The position numbers were made by a program, and so were the translations under genes. From a virus: a DNA stretch of 64,000 nucleotides. The DNA lies in IMG/VR virus record IMGVR_UViG_3300025030_000004, positions 64,001-128,000 of that record; one strand, given 5' to 3'. The notes under the pieces were generated by a model. It did no database searches, was not told the DNA's origin, and worked only from the letters and a program-made list of their open reading frames with translations. Numbering within the stretch: position 1 is the stretch's first letter; each line of letters opens with the position of its first letter. Below, in pieces: positions 20,254 to 31,036 of the stretch.

Positions 20254-21381
20254 TCAATTAATATCCCTAACTTTCCATAATCCTAAAGTCATTTTAGAAT
20301 CAAATGATAAATTATAAGATATTGATTGTATTAAATAATTACCAGAAACACCATTATTAACGTCAGTTACTTGAATTACATCATTCAAATTAGTAGAAAA
20401 GTTGGGGATCAAATTAAGCGAAACTTTTTCCTGTGCTTTAATGGCTTTGAGTAACTCATAATCACTTCTTGCTTGACACAATTCATTACTATAAAGTTCA
20501 TCTAGTTCAAAAATCTTTGGTCTTTCTCTAATCTCGTCTATACTAAATTTACTCCCTGTAGAATCTTGAGAAGTAGCCTTATATTGGAGTCCTGTAGTTT
20601 CATCATAAGCACCATAGACAACTATACTATTGCGAATATCATTCCATTTAACTTCTCTACTCGATTGAAGATATAATGCTGAAATTGTTGAATATTCGTA
20701 ACTAGTTGGCGAAGAATCGATATCTTCAATAGTTATTACCTTTTTAAATCTTAATGTGCCATTATTATCATAGAAAACTTGATAATTCCCCGCCATAGTG
20801 CATAGTTCTATGAGTATGCTGGATATTGTATCGTTTATATTTTTAGTCAAAGTATAAGGTGTAAGAGTAGTGCATTCATCTACTATGTAATTTGTTTCCC
20901 CAATAATATCTACGATTATAGATTTTACAGCTATGTCTATTTGAGTACCAACGGGTATAATATATTGATTTTTTAAAGTTCCTGATATTGTACCATCAAT
21001 CAACACATATTTATCAAGAAGTTCAAACGTTACTTCCTTCTGAGATGGGGCAGATAATAAAGAAGGATTACCTAATACGTATACTCCTTGGTTATATAAT
21101 AATTTTTGGTTATTACTATATTTATAACCACATTTTAATCTGACTTTATTATTTATCTGCATCTTATTACTTTCAAAGGGTAAATACTGTTTATTCAAAT
21201 TAGATAATGTTAAATTTACACTTCTTTTATTGTTATTGCTATCATCAAAATTGACACTACCATTTATAACGTCAATATTTACATTATCTATTACGTTTTC
21301 ATCTTGTGTTAACCAGTCAATTTCGTAGATAAAGTTTTTAATATTTGAATTAATAATATCTTGTTCAGACTGCGGAATCAT
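20254..21381 (-). CDS. Baseplate hub / tail protein
   Basis: Position between distal tail genes and fibre; FYDNNGTLRF, IRNSIVVYG. Confidence 0.55.
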   Translation of the reverse strand: MIPQSEQDIINSNIKNFIYEIDWLTQDENVIDNVNIDVINGSVNFDDSNNNKRSVNLTLSNLNKQYLPFESNKMQINNKVRLKCGYKYSNNQKLLYNQGVYVLGNPSLLSAPSQKEVTFELLDKYVLIDGTISGTLKNQYIIPVGTQIDIAVKSIIVDIIGETNYIVDECTTLTPYTLTKNINDTISSILIELCTMAGNYQVFYDNNGTLRFKKVITIEDIDSSPTSYEYSTISALYLQSSREVKWNDIRNSIVVYGAYDETTGLQYKATSQDSTGSKFSIDEIRERPKIFELDELYSNELCQARSDYELLKAIKAQEKVSLNLIPNFSTNLNDVIQVTDVNNGVSGNYLIQSISYNLSFDSKMTLGLWKVRDIN

Positions 21382-21396
21382 TTAATTCACCACCAA

Positions 21397-22161
21397 TCAA
21401 TCCACATACTTGTTAATTTCATTCCAATCGAAGCTGTATGAAGAAATATCTTCAACTAACTGTGTGTATATATTTCTTTTTGAACTATGGGTATCAACTA
21501 ACCACACATCCCCATTAGGATTTCTTAGAGTCTTCTGTTTTTGATTATTAATAAAACTTTCAAAATTATCCCTATAATTTTTACTTGTATTTAATGAAGT
21601 ATCCATTAACATCGTAGTGATAGATCCGCTTTGATATTTTTGATTACCGTAAGACACAATTGGGTATTGATTAAAGGTATCATAGGAATACCTTTGAATG
21701 TTAGTGTTAATATCTGATACTTCAAGATTTAAAAATAAGGGATATATATCTGTATCGTCAGAAATCCACCAATAATCTAATTCACAAGTTATAGTTGTTG
21801 TAAAGGCGTTGCCCTCTATATCCCCTGACATTGGACTAACTTCGTACTCATAAATTACTTGTGATTTCCCTGTATAATCTAAATAATTTAAATCTTGTGT
21901 TGAAGTATTTATTACAGTTGCCAAATCTTTTTTGTTTAAAGTCGTAATGTCTCTGCGTCTAATTTTCCAACCTGTGATTGAGAGTCCTCCAAGTGAAATA
22001 TTTCCACCTTCGAGATTATTCATGAATTTAGCAAGTAATAAAGTATTTATATCCCAGTTTGATTTTGCAGAAGATAAATCAATTGTAGTGACATTTTTTG
22101 ATACCAATATTTCATCGGCAATACAGTTTTTAAGTTGAATTAAATTCAGGTTGCTTATCAT
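21397..22161 (-). CDS. Tail/baseplate structural protein
   Basis: Synteny; YEYEVSP FN3-like strand, YQSGSIT. Confidence 0.5.
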   Translation of the reverse strand: MISNLNLIQLKNCIADEILVSKNVTTIDLSSAKSNWDINTLLLAKFMNNLEGGNISLGGLSITGWKIRRRDITTLNKKDLATVINTSTQDLNYLDYTGKSQVIYEYEVSPMSGDIEGNAFTTTITCELDYWWISDDTDIYPLFLNLEVSDINTNIQRYSYDTFNQYPIVSYGNQKYQSGSITTMLMDTSLNTSKNYRDNFESFINNQKQKTLRNPNGDVWLVDTHSSKRNIYTQLVEDISSYSFDWNEINKYVD

Positions 22162-23420
22162 ACTATAACCTCCGCATGGAGACTTAATATATTACCAATT
22201 TGTTGTAAATACAAATAATAACTAGATCCATTTACTGAAACGTTATCTATTTCTATACCATTTTCAAACAAGTGAAATGCACCATTATAATATCTAAGTA
22301 AAATTATATCACTATTACTATTTGACATTTTTAATATTTCACTTGTATCATTTGAACTATTGCTTCCAGTATCAATCCATAATTTATCTGTAGTTGGAGC
22401 TACAATATCTAATATGGGAGTTAATACTCTTGGCACAATGGTTTGATCATCTATCCATAAGTAATTTGTAGCAGGAGTAATATTACCTGCTGATATATTT
22501 AATGACAATTCTGTTGTTTGAGCAGAATTATCAAGCCATATAATAGATGTGTCAGTTAATGGTACATTATAGGACGTGATAGAAGTAGTTTGATTGATTG
22601 TGTATACATTATTATTAACACTTTCTAACCAAAGTTTTAATGTGAAATCATTTTCTATATTAAAATCACTATCAAACCAGACTCTACCATTTGTAGTATC
22701 AATCTTTTCACCATTGATGTATGAAGTATTTTCTGAATTACCGATGATTTGAACAACATTCCATTGTAAATTGATAGCTCCTTGGTCTGATATGTTTGAT
22801 GATTGAAGATCAAGTACGGATTCGGGAACGGTATATTGGATGTTGAATTTTATTTTATTCGTACTTGCCAAAATATCATCCTGTGACTTCACTTGGCACT
22901 CTATATAATAAAAATTATTATTAAAACCAGAAAATTGATATTCTATAATAGAATTAAACGTTTCTGATGTAGTTGTGATAATGGCATTGTTACTGTCATA
23001 CATTATCATTTGCCATGATTTAATTGCTACTGATTCTAATTGGCTATATTGTGCCGTAAAAAGATATTGTGAATTGTAAATAATGTCGTTTTCTATTACG
23101 TTTGTAAAAGAAATTGAGGGAGTGGAAGAACATTTAAAAAGTATCCAATTCGAAGTAGCTGATGCGTCAACTTGATTAAATGTTTGGATCTGATATTTAT
23201 AAATAGTTCCATCAATTAATGTGTTACCAGAAATAACATGAAAAGTATTAAAAGATACTACTACATTTGTATCATAAACTAAAACATTAGTCGTATTGTT
23301 ATATATTTGAATTCTATATTTATATTGTCTATCTCCTGAGTTAATCCAACTTATTGTTATTGGAAAAGTAGCATCTAAACTAATATTATTAGGAGAGATA
23401 CCACTGGGCTTCATAATCAT
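22158..23420 (-). CDS. Tail/baseplate protein with FN3-like domains
   Basis: Beta-rich; immediately after the tape measure block. Confidence 0.5.
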   Translation of the reverse strand: MIMKPSGISPNNISLDATFPITISWINSGDRQYKYRIQIYNNTTNVLVYDTNVVVSFNTFHVISGNTLIDGTIYKYQIQTFNQVDASATSNWILFKCSSTPSISFTNVIENDIIYNSQYLFTAQYSQLESVAIKSWQMIMYDSNNAIITTTSETFNSIIEYQFSGFNNNFYYIECQVKSQDDILASTNKIKFNIQYTVPESVLDLQSSNISDQGAINLQWNVVQIIGNSENTSYINGEKIDTTNGRVWFDSDFNIENDFTLKLWLESVNNNVYTINQTTSITSYNVPLTDTSIIWLDNSAQTTELSLNISAGNITPATNYLWIDDQTIVPRVLTPILDIVAPTTDKLWIDTGSNSSNDTSEILKMSNSNSDIILLRYYNGAFHLFENGIEIDNVSVNGSSYYLYLQQIGNILSLHAEVIV

Positions 23421-24568
23421 TTATATCCCTCCTTAGACAAAATTAAATTCTTATTTAAAAGATAACTTTCTAAAATATTTTCAATCTTATCAAAATCACA
23501 ATACCATATTTCTAAAAAATTATATTTGTTTAATAAAGTATATTCTTTTTTGCGTCTATCATGTTCAACTTGTTTTTCAAAATCTTTTTTTGACTTATGA
23601 AGACCTTTTTTATATTTCTCGTGTTGAACCCCTTGATACTCAATTAATAGACTATGTTCTGGTAAATAAAAATCATAAGAAAGTAATCCACTACCCAATC
23701 CTAATAACCCTTTAAATTCTTTTTGCGGTTCATAACAAATACTATTATTAACCAACCATTCTTTAATTCTCTTTTCGCCTTTTGACTTATTGCATTCTGG
23801 ACAACCACGACCAGAACTTCTGCTTTTTATTGTGGAATCCCATTCGTGTTCACATTCAAAACATTTCCACCAAACTTTTCGTCTATCATATTTAACTACA
23901 TTAAATGGAGTTAAATCTCCGTTTAAACTTGGATGCCATTCTTTTGCTAATTCTGGATTCTTTGTTGCCAAACAATTAGATATCCCAATTTGTCTACTAT
24001 CACATGCTCCACAACCCATTCCTTCTATGATTCTATTCCAAGTAGCTTTAAAAGTCTCTCCACATTTAGGTTTTAAACACCTCCATTCTAATTTTTTCAT
24101 AGAAGTTTCATATTTATCACTAATTAACTCAAATGGTTTACTATTCAATTCACACCAGAGTTTGATATTTTGAATTGAAAAATCATTTGATGGATATGCT
24201 ATTGGAAAACTTCCATGTTTTCGATTGTCACTCAACATTGTCCAACTCATTGAAAATAAATACCCAAGTTTATCTTTTAAAACTAACCTTGAACAACTAT
24301 TTGTATATACATTTGACAATAATTCTAAATTTATATTATTTACTATTAGATAAAGATTAATGTTTTGTATTGTATATGGATTCGAACAATGAATATATGA
24401 AGGTGGATATCCTTGATTTAAACTATCTAAACTCACTTTATAATAATACCCTATTTTATCTGATATGGTTATTGGTGTTCTTATATTATTATATTTAGTA
24501 TCAATTAAATTATATCCTAAGTCTTCAATAATCTCTTTAACTTCTTCATATTTATATTTTTTACCCAT
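23417..24568 (-). CDS. Zn-ribbon plus PD-(D/E)XK (Vsr-like) homing-endonuclease-like protein
   Basis: NCLATKNPELAKEWHP..VWWKC..GCPEC..SKGE..LSYDFYLP..IEYQGVQH; RBS aaggagg gives start MGKKY at 24568. Confidence 0.75.
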   Translation of the reverse strand: MGKKYKYEEVKEIIEDLGYNLIDTKYNNIRTPITISDKIGYYYKVSLDSLNQGYPPSYIHCSNPYTIQNINLYLIVNNINLELLSNVYTNSCSRLVLKDKLGYLFSMSWTMLSDNRKHGSFPIAYPSNDFSIQNIKLWCELNSKPFELISDKYETSMKKLEWRCLKPKCGETFKATWNRIIEGMGCGACDSRQIGISNCLATKNPELAKEWHPSLNGDLTPFNVVKYDRRKVWWKCFECEHEWDSTIKSRSSGRGCPECNKSKGEKRIKEWLVNNSICYEPQKEFKGLLGLGSGLLSYDFYLPEHSLLIEYQGVQHEKYKKGLHKSKKDFEKQVEHDRRKKEYTLLNKYNFLEIWYCDFDKIENILESYLLNKNLILSKEGYK

Positions 24569-24615
24569 TTTATCCTCCTTTATAATATCCTCATAAAAAA
24601 TAAACAAAACAAAAA

Positions 24616-24671
24616 GCAGGGAAGAGGAGGATTCTCTTATCGGTGAGTTAATTACTCTCACCTATCCCTAC
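24616..24671 (-). ncRNA. Leader element L3
   Basis: Stem gtaggga/ttccctgc plus U-run; ggtgag-TAATTA loop-ctcacc; sense segment atcctcct complementary to the RBS aggaggat (24572-24579) and to gaggat (24587-24592). Confidence 0.65.
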
Positions 24672-24706
24672 AAAATTTTAAAAATTATTTAATTAATTAT
24701 TATTTT

Positions 24707-27700
24707 TTACTTATATTGATGAACCAAAGTAGGTAATAAATCTATGAACGAACCAGCATCTTGTGTTTCGACTTTAGCGATATTGATATTATATGTATTA
24801 ATTGGAGAAGTCGGACTATTATTAATTCTACTGAAATCTGGCACTTTAAGAAGAGAAATATTGCTTAAAATATTCTGCATATAATTTAATGGATTTGCAC
24901 CTAGCGCCATAAGATTTTTAGTTATACTTGTTGGAATAATTCCATCACCTTGGTTTAATACACGAAGTTCTGCTCCTTTTTCTCCAACTAAACTCAAACC
25001 TCCTGATGCGCTTTCCGTACCATTAGCATATCTAGGTGTTGTTCCTGCTGCTATTGCATTTCCATTTGAATCGTATTCAGTCCAACCATTTGGGCCATTG
25101 TTATAGACTATTGTGTTTCCACCAGATGAACTATTAGAACTGCTACCGGAATTTAAACTATCTGGTAAATTTGTGCTACCAGCATTTATAGCTGCTAACT
25201 GAGCATTTAGTGTAATTAATTTTTCAGCTAAAATTTTTACCGCGTTATCAACATTAGAGCCAAATTGTTCTAGCATTTTAGTTGACATATCATCAATATT
25301 TTTCCATTGCTCGTCAAAGATTTCTTTTTGCTTTTCGAAGGATTCTTCGCGTTTGTCTATTAATGATTGTTGATAGTCAATTTCAGCTTGAAGTATAGCT
25401 TTTTTATGTTTTAGATCATTATCTTCTTCCCATTCTGCATAATCTTCTTGGAGATTTTTTAGATTTTCATTTGCTTCTGCAACTTTTTGAGGGTTGGCTT
25501 GCCAAGTCCAAGTGTCACCAACGAGGATTCTTGTGTCTTTTTCCTTGGAAAGGTTGTTTAGATTTTGTTTTGCTTTCTCAATGTCGAGGAGACGTTTGGC
25601 TCTTTCTTCTTGTTCATTTTCGATATCTGCTTTCTCTTCTAGTGCATCTATCTCTTCTTGGATTCCTTTGATTTTAAGTTCTTTGCGAGTGATGTAGGAT
25701 TTTAGGGATTTTTCTTCTATGTCAAGTTCTGATTGGGCTAGTTTTTTTGTTGCTTCGATTACTTCTGTGGAGAGGGTTTTGGAAAGGTCGGAGAGAGATG
25801 TTTTGAGTTCGTTTTGACTTTGGGTGAGATCTTGGATTGCTGTGGAGTTATCAGACCAAGCTTTTTTGAGCTTAGAAAGGGAATCAAAGGTGAGTTTCAT
25901 TTGGTCTTGAGTTTCTTTAGATGAGGAATTGAATTTGGAAAGGTAGGTTAGTGTTTGTTCACCATTTTGATCAAACCAGAGGGAAGTGTCGGAAAAGCCG
26001 CTGGATTGAGAGGTTCTTGCAAATTCAGATTCTAATTTTTGTTTGGCAAGACCTAGTTGTTGGATCTGGGTGGATTGGTTCGATAGCAAAGATGTCGTTA
26101 ATTCAAGTTCTTTTTGATAATTTTTTTGAGATTTTGCTTGAGAGAGGTCTGTTTCTATTGATTTTGATTTTGTGGCTGTTAGATTAGATTCGACTTGAAT
26201 CAATCTAATCGTGGCATCGGTGAGAGATTCGTAGGATGGATCGTTTTTGGATGAAGATTTGGATGAGGAACCTGATGTATTTCCTGAAACCCCACCATTT
26301 AAATTTGGGATATCAGGAGTGTCTATACTAGTCCCACCTAAACTATTTAATTGCTCTAATAATTTACTAATTTTATTGCTTTTTTGTTGATCATAAAAAG
26401 ACTCAATTTGATTTTTAATTTCGTCATAAGCTTTAGCGTTATCAGGAGTTGGATTAAGTTTATAACGAGCATAAATTAGTTTTTTTTCGATCCATAATCC
26501 ATTTTCTTGAAGTTTACCAAGAATACCATAAGCTTGCACTGCACTATCTATTTGTTTAATTTGAGTTATTATATTTCTTCTTAGATTATCTGTTTGTTGA
26601 GAAACTAATTTTGACGAATTTTCATATGCAATTTTTTCAGCATTTTGTTTTTCTTGTAAAGCTTGAATAACTATATTTGAAGCATCTTGACTAAAACCTG
26701 CTGCTTTAAGTCTATTCAATGCTTCTTGACCTATAATGTTTCCCAATTCTTGTTCTGAATTAATAATAGAAGCATTTATATCTATTTTTTTACTATCCGT
26801 ATCAGCTAATTCAGAAGAACTCTTTTCTAACTCATTCCTAGTATCTATTAATTGTTTAGTCCTTTTAATATCTTCTTCATATTGAGAAGCTAATGCTTTA
26901 TGAGTTTCTGCTTCCTTTTGAATAGATTTAATTCGCTCTTCTTCAATTTCATTTAATTCTTCGTAATCACTTTTCATATTTCCCAACATTGGTAATAAAA
27001 TATCATATGCAGAAACCAATGTTAATACGGCAACAGCAATAAAACCAAAAGGATTTGATAAAAACGCAACTTTTAAAGCATTCATACTTAAAGTCAATCC
27101 ATTTGTGGCAACTCCAGTAGAAATCATACCTGCTCTAAATCCTTGAGCAGCAATAATTGACGTTCTAAACCAATTAGTAAGATTTGTACCATTAAATATT
27201 AATATTGCAGTTGTAACGGCAATTATTATAGTTCTTAAATTACCAAAGGTATCAATAAGATATGATAATGAATTAAGTCCACCTTTAATAAAATCAGTAC
27301 TGATAGAGGACTGCCAAAAAGTCTCCCAACTAACTCTCAATCTATCCAAGGAGGCTGCACTCGATTCTTGATAGATTGCAAATTTTTCTTCTGCTGTTCC
27401 AGCAGCATTCAATGCATTTTCATAATTTTTTAAAGAATCTTGATAATTATTTAATAAAGTTATTCCCCTATTTCTTTGAAAAGTTCCGAACATAGTGGTA
27501 GCTATATATGCTTTCTCATTTTTGGAAAGACTGCCAAATTTCTCTCCGACAGTATCCATTATTATTGCGAAATCCAAGAGTTGACCTTGAGAATCCGTTG
27601 CTTTAATACCAACGTCTGAGAGAGCTTTTACTACATCATTTATTTTCGTCTCATCTTCTGAATTAAATCCAGTCTTTTTTATACTTTCATATCGGCTGAT

Positions 27701-29086
27701 AACACTATTTAAAGATCGCCCAATAGTCGAGGCAGACTCCCGTGTGATACTGGAAATTGTTGCCAGCCATGAAGCGCTTTTTTCGAGGGAAATATTGCTA
27801 TTCTCACTTGCCGATGCCACCCGTTGTAGAGCTTCTCCAATTTCATTGGCCCCAGAGGCGGTGGTATCACCAAGTAAAGCGAACACATCAATAATTTTTG
27901 TAACACTTTCTCCAGTAGCATTAGCTGTGGCAGTAATGATTTTATTACTATCTTTTAAAGAGATTGAACTTATTTTGGCATATTGTACAATTGCTTTCAT
28001 TCGATCTTCTACTTGATTATTATCTAGTCCTTGTCTAAATAAATCAGCAGCAGTAGACGTTAGTTCTCTTGTAGTAACCGACATTTCTTTTGCTAATTTA
28101 TTATAAGATACAGCTAAAGATTCTACTTCTTCTTGTGTTTGACCAGTTACAATTCTTACCTGATTTAAATTATTTTCAAGTTCATAAATATATTTAAAAC
28201 CACTAGAAATTTGTCGAATCGTCCCGAAAATCGCCGTTCCAATAATACTCCACTGAAGCATTTTGACAGCCGAAGAACCAAAGGACTGTGCAGAATCATG
28301 TGTATGACGGGCAAGGTTAGCCATTGCTGGATTTAAACTTACCACTCGACGTTCTAATTCAGTCATAGAATTAATATTTCTATTGGAATTTGTAAATAAT
28401 TGAGCGAGTGCAGAATTACTAGCAGTTATCCTGTTTGTATCTAAATTTCTAAAATTGTTAAAAGTATTGCCAATTGCTTCAGAAGTTCCGACTGTTGAAA
28501 CCCTGCTAACTCTATCAAGTTGTGTATAGTATTCTCTAAGAGCCGAATTCGATGCATTTATCCTATTTGGTGTCAACAAAAGACTATTATTTATAGCGTC
28601 AGATGTCCGTACTGTTGATACTCTACTAATTCTATCCATATTGGCATAATATTCTCTAAGAGCAGAATTACTAGCAGTTATCCTGTTTGGGTCTACAACT
28701 CCTATACCCAAAGATTGATTAAAATTATTAAACATCTGTTTATTATAAGCATTCTTTAATGCTTGTGTTTCCATTAAACTAGCATTATATAATTTATTAT
28801 TCTCTGTTAATTTTAACTGTGACACAACCATTTTGTCAGTTTCAGCGTTTAATTTTTGAACAATTTTGACTTGATTACCATAAGAGTCAGTTGCTCCAAG
28901 TATATGTTTTTGTAACTGTTGCATTCCGTTTTCGAGAATTTTAATATCTTTGACAGAAGTAGCAGTATCTAATTTCAATTGTAATGGAGCTAATTGCTTT
29001 GATAATGATTGTATTTGCTGATTAATTGCTTGCCCACTTTGAATGGCGTTCAATTTTGCCTGTATAATAATTGAAAGATTATCCAA
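24707..29086 (-). CDS. Tail tape measure protein
   Basis: 1459 aa; TP901-like core (ASENSNISLEKSASWLATISSITRESASTIGRSL), coiled coils, VGEKGAEL. Confidence 0.9.
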   Translation of the reverse strand: MDNLSIIIQAKLNAIQSGQAINQQIQSLSKQLAPLQLKLDTATSVKDIKILENGMQQLQKHILGATDSYGNQVKIVQKLNAETDKMVVSQLKLTENNKLYNASLMETQALKNAYNKQMFNNFNQSLGIGVVDPNRITASNSALREYYANMDRISRVSTVRTSDAINNSLLLTPNRINASNSALREYYTQLDRVSRVSTVGTSEAIGNTFNNFRNLDTNRITASNSALAQLFTNSNRNINSMTELERRVVSLNPAMANLARHTHDSAQSFGSSAVKMLQWSIIGTAIFGTIRQISSGFKYIYELENNLNQVRIVTGQTQEEVESLAVSYNKLAKEMSVTTRELTSTAADLFRQGLDNNQVEDRMKAIVQYAKISSISLKDSNKIITATANATGESVTKIIDVFALLGDTTASGANEIGEALQRVASASENSNISLEKSASWLATISSITRESASTIGRSLNSVISRYESIKKTGFNSEDETKINDVVKALSDVGIKATDSQGQLLDFAIIMDTVGEKFGSLSKNEKAYIATTMFGTFQRNRGITLLNNYQDSLKNYENALNAAGTAEEKFAIYQESSAASLDRLRVSWETFWQSSISTDFIKGGLNSLSYLIDTFGNLRTIIIAVTTAILIFNGTNLTNWFRTSIIAAQGFRAGMISTGVATNGLTLSMNALKVAFLSNPFGFIAVAVLTLVSAYDILLPMLGNMKSDYEELNEIEEERIKSIQKEAETHKALASQYEEDIKRTKQLIDTRNELEKSSSELADTDSKKIDINASIINSEQELGNIIGQEALNRLKAAGFSQDASNIVIQALQEKQNAEKIAYENSSKLVSQQTDNLRRNIITQIKQIDSAVQAYGILGKLQENGLWIEKKLIYARYKLNPTPDNAKAYDEIKNQIESFYDQQKSNKISKLLEQLNSLGGTSIDTPDIPNLNGGVSGNTSGSSSKSSSKNDPSYESLTDATIRLIQVESNLTATKSKSIETDLSQAKSQKNYQKELELTTSLLSNQSTQIQQLGLAKQKLESEFARTSQSSGFSDTSLWFDQNGEQTLTYLSKFNSSSKETQDQMKLTFDSLSKLKKAWSDNSTAIQDLTQSQNELKTSLSDLSKTLSTEVIEATKKLAQSELDIEEKSLKSYITRKELKIKGIQEEIDALEEKADIENEQEERAKRLLDIEKAKQNLNNLSKEKDTRILVGDTWTWQANPQKVAEANENLKNLQEDYAEWEEDNDLKHKKAILQAEIDYQQSLIDKREESFEKQKEIFDEQWKNIDDMSTKMLEQFGSNVDNAVKILAEKLITLNAQLAAINAGSTNLPDSLNSGSSSNSSSGGNTIVYNNGPNGWTEYDSNGNAIAAGTTPRYANGTESASGGLSLVGEKGAELRVLNQGDGIIPTSITKNLMALGANPLNYMQNILSNISLLKVPDFSRINNSPTSPINTYNINIAKVETQDAGSFIDLLPTLVHQYK

Positions 29087-29184
29087 AGAATGTTACCTCC
29101 TTCTCTTCGTGTTTCAATTAAAAAGAGAAGGGATAACCCTCTCTTAAAATGACAAATATATGTATTTATTTTCAATTTAATAAC

Positions 29185-29214
29185 TTGCATATTAATAAAC
29201 AATTAGACTATAAT
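29185..29214 (+). promoter_or_regulatory. sigmaA promoter of moron gene
   Basis: TTGCAT-18 nt-TATAAT, then RBS gaggtg. Confidence 0.6.
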
Positions 29215-29233
29215 GTAAATGAGGTGATGAAAT

Positions 29234-29791
29234 ATGAACGCTCTATCAATAGTATTTATTATTATTTTAGCAACTATTGTTAGTCTAATTTTAGTTATGA
29301 TTCTTAGCAGTAAAGATAATAAAAGTCAAATGGAAGAATATTACCAAAATTTAAAGGAAAGAAATGTAATATGCGAATATGGAATTATTCATATTACAGG
29401 TCATCCATATTTAAAAACTAATGATTTAATAAAATTCCAAATAAAAACAAACCGTACGTTTTATTTCTTTAAAGAAAACATAGATACTGGTGATGAAATA
29501 CCATTATCACAAATTATTAGATATGAAATTAAAACAGAAACAGAAATTCATAAAGATGTGACTTTAACTAGATTATTAACTTTGGGCATATTCGCCTTCG
29601 GGGTAAAGAAAACAACAAAAATAGAAGATCAATTCTTTATACTATCATATAAACAAAATGAAATTGAAATAACTTGTATATTTAAACAAAGTTATAAACA
29701 TCAAAATCTTCATGAAATTGTTAGTACATTGAATAGAATGAGAATTGAAAGTAACAAATCTATTAATAATCAAGTAAAAGAGTGTACTTAA
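29234..29791 (+). CDS. Moron: membrane-anchored hypothetical protein
   Basis: Opposite strand, own promoter and terminator, N-terminal TM, TLTRLLTLGIFAFGVKK motif. Confidence 0.75.
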   Translation: MNALSIVFIIILATIVSLILVMILSSKDNKSQMEEYYQNLKERNVICEYGIIHITGHPYLKTNDLIKFQIKTNRTFYFFKENIDTGDEIPLSQIIRYEIKTETEIHKDVTLTRLLTLGIFAFGVKKTTKIEDQFFILSYKQNEIEITCIFKQSYKHQNLHEIVSTLNRMRIESNKSINNQVKECT

Positions 29792-29806
29792 TTTGTACAC
29801 TCTTTT
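29778..29806. terminator. Bidirectional terminator
   Basis: aaagagtgtac-ttaattt-gtacactcttt. Confidence 0.75.
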
Positions 29807-29819
29807 CTAATGTATTTGT

Positions 29820-30296
29820 TTAAATTATATATCCATAATTACTTAATAATTCTCTCATTCTTTTCTTTATATAATCAGTGTCATTTAACCAATCTCTTGT
29901 TACACCAACGGGACGCACACCCTCATAATTAAACAACGGAGAATTATTACCATATTCAATATAATAAGGGATTGCAGCACTAACATCTTCTCCATAGACA
30001 CTTTCATGTTGTCCCCACTCACCGTTATTAGAAGGATGGGGCAATATTAAATCACTTGCAAAATATATCTCAACTTGATATCCGCTTCCAACTTTTTTTG
30101 CTTTAGAATACTGGATGGAGTTAATATACTCCATAGTTCTTGCATATTGAGTTGGAGTATAACTTCTGCCATACCAAAGTTTTTCAACATTTTCGCGGAG
30201 AATACTTTTAACTTCTTCGCCTATTTTATTAAGATTAATTGGTATATTTAATTCAATATATTTTAATAATGAATTCAAATCTTTGAATTCTGCCAT
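29820..30296 (-). CDS. Phage tail-region protein
   Basis: YARTMEY motif; position upstream of tape measure. Confidence 0.5.
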   Translation of the reverse strand: MAEFKDLNSLLKYIELNIPINLNKIGEEVKSILRENVEKLWYGRSYTPTQYARTMEYINSIQYSKAKKVGSGYQVEIYFASDLILPHPSNNGEWGQHESVYGEDVSAAIPYYIEYGNNSPLFNYEGVRPVGVTRDWLNDTDYIKKRMRELLSNYGYII

Positions 30297-30865
30297 TATT
30301 TTAACCCATTATTAAATCTTATTGTTTCTGCAACAAATTTTAAATTATCAGGATTAATTTTATTAATCATCTTTGGTAAATCCTTAAGGAGTTTAGTTAG
30401 TTCTTTATTATTAGGAAATTTATCAATAAGTTTATTTAAATTTTTACTTATAATTGTGCTGATTCCATTATCAACGATCATGATCTGATTAATTTCTTTT
30501 TCAATTATTTCATCAATAAAATTTAATTCATCTAAAGGAATATTATTCAAAACATATTTTAAGATACCTTTTTCAGAAATAAAATCATAAACTTCAAACA
30601 TATTCATATCACTATCATTTAAATTTGTATAATTTATAAAAATGTTATAATCTCTAGCAATTTTGAGTAACGAAAAATCTATTTTTATTAGATCATTAGG
30701 AACTTCAGTTTCGTCAGAAACCATTGTAGCAATTTTAATGATATTAGCTATCATTTTCTTTTTAAACCCAAATGGGAAATATGATTTAACCTCTATAATA
30801 TTAGGATATTCTGTGTTAAAATTATTTATTAGTTCGACCACATTAATTATTTTTTGTTCTGCCAT
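30296..30865 (-). CDS. Putative tail assembly chaperone
   Basis: Synteny; RBS gaagga. Confidence 0.45.
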   Translation of the reverse strand: MAEQKIINVVELINNFNTEYPNIIEVKSYFPFGFKKKMIANIIKIATMVSDETEVPNDLIKIDFSLLKIARDYNIFINYTNLNDSDMNMFEVYDFISEKGILKYVLNNIPLDELNFIDEIIEKEINQIMIVDNGISTIISKNLNKLIDKFPNNKELTKLLKDLPKMINKINPDNLKFVAETIRFNNGLK

Positions 30866-30900
30866 TATTATTTCCTTCTTTCATTTCGTTATTCCTTGAT

Positions 30901-30984
30901 TTATTTTTTACCAGAAGATTCAAACTCTCCAACTGGCTTCTCTTTCCCACAAATCTTACAAACTTTAGTCTTGATTTCTTCCAT
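30901..30984 (-). pseudogene. Truncated Zn-finger/HNH endonuclease N-terminus (27 aa)
   Basis: MEEIKTKVCKICGKEKPVGEFESSGKK*; KxCxxCxxEK...F start typical of HNH-type nucleases. Confidence 0.55.
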
Positions 30985-31036
30985 CCACAACCATCTCGCT
31001 TTCTATTATTTATTTACTCGCCTTAAAATATTAAAA

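Noticed and set aside
24569-24661. N-terminal extensions of ORFs 23417..24661, 54102..55010, 10574..11620, 8415..8903, 31996..32757 and 60741..63407
   Set aside because: Strong RBSs point to downstream starts; the extensions run through leader hairpins, promoters, RBSs or the neighbouring gene.
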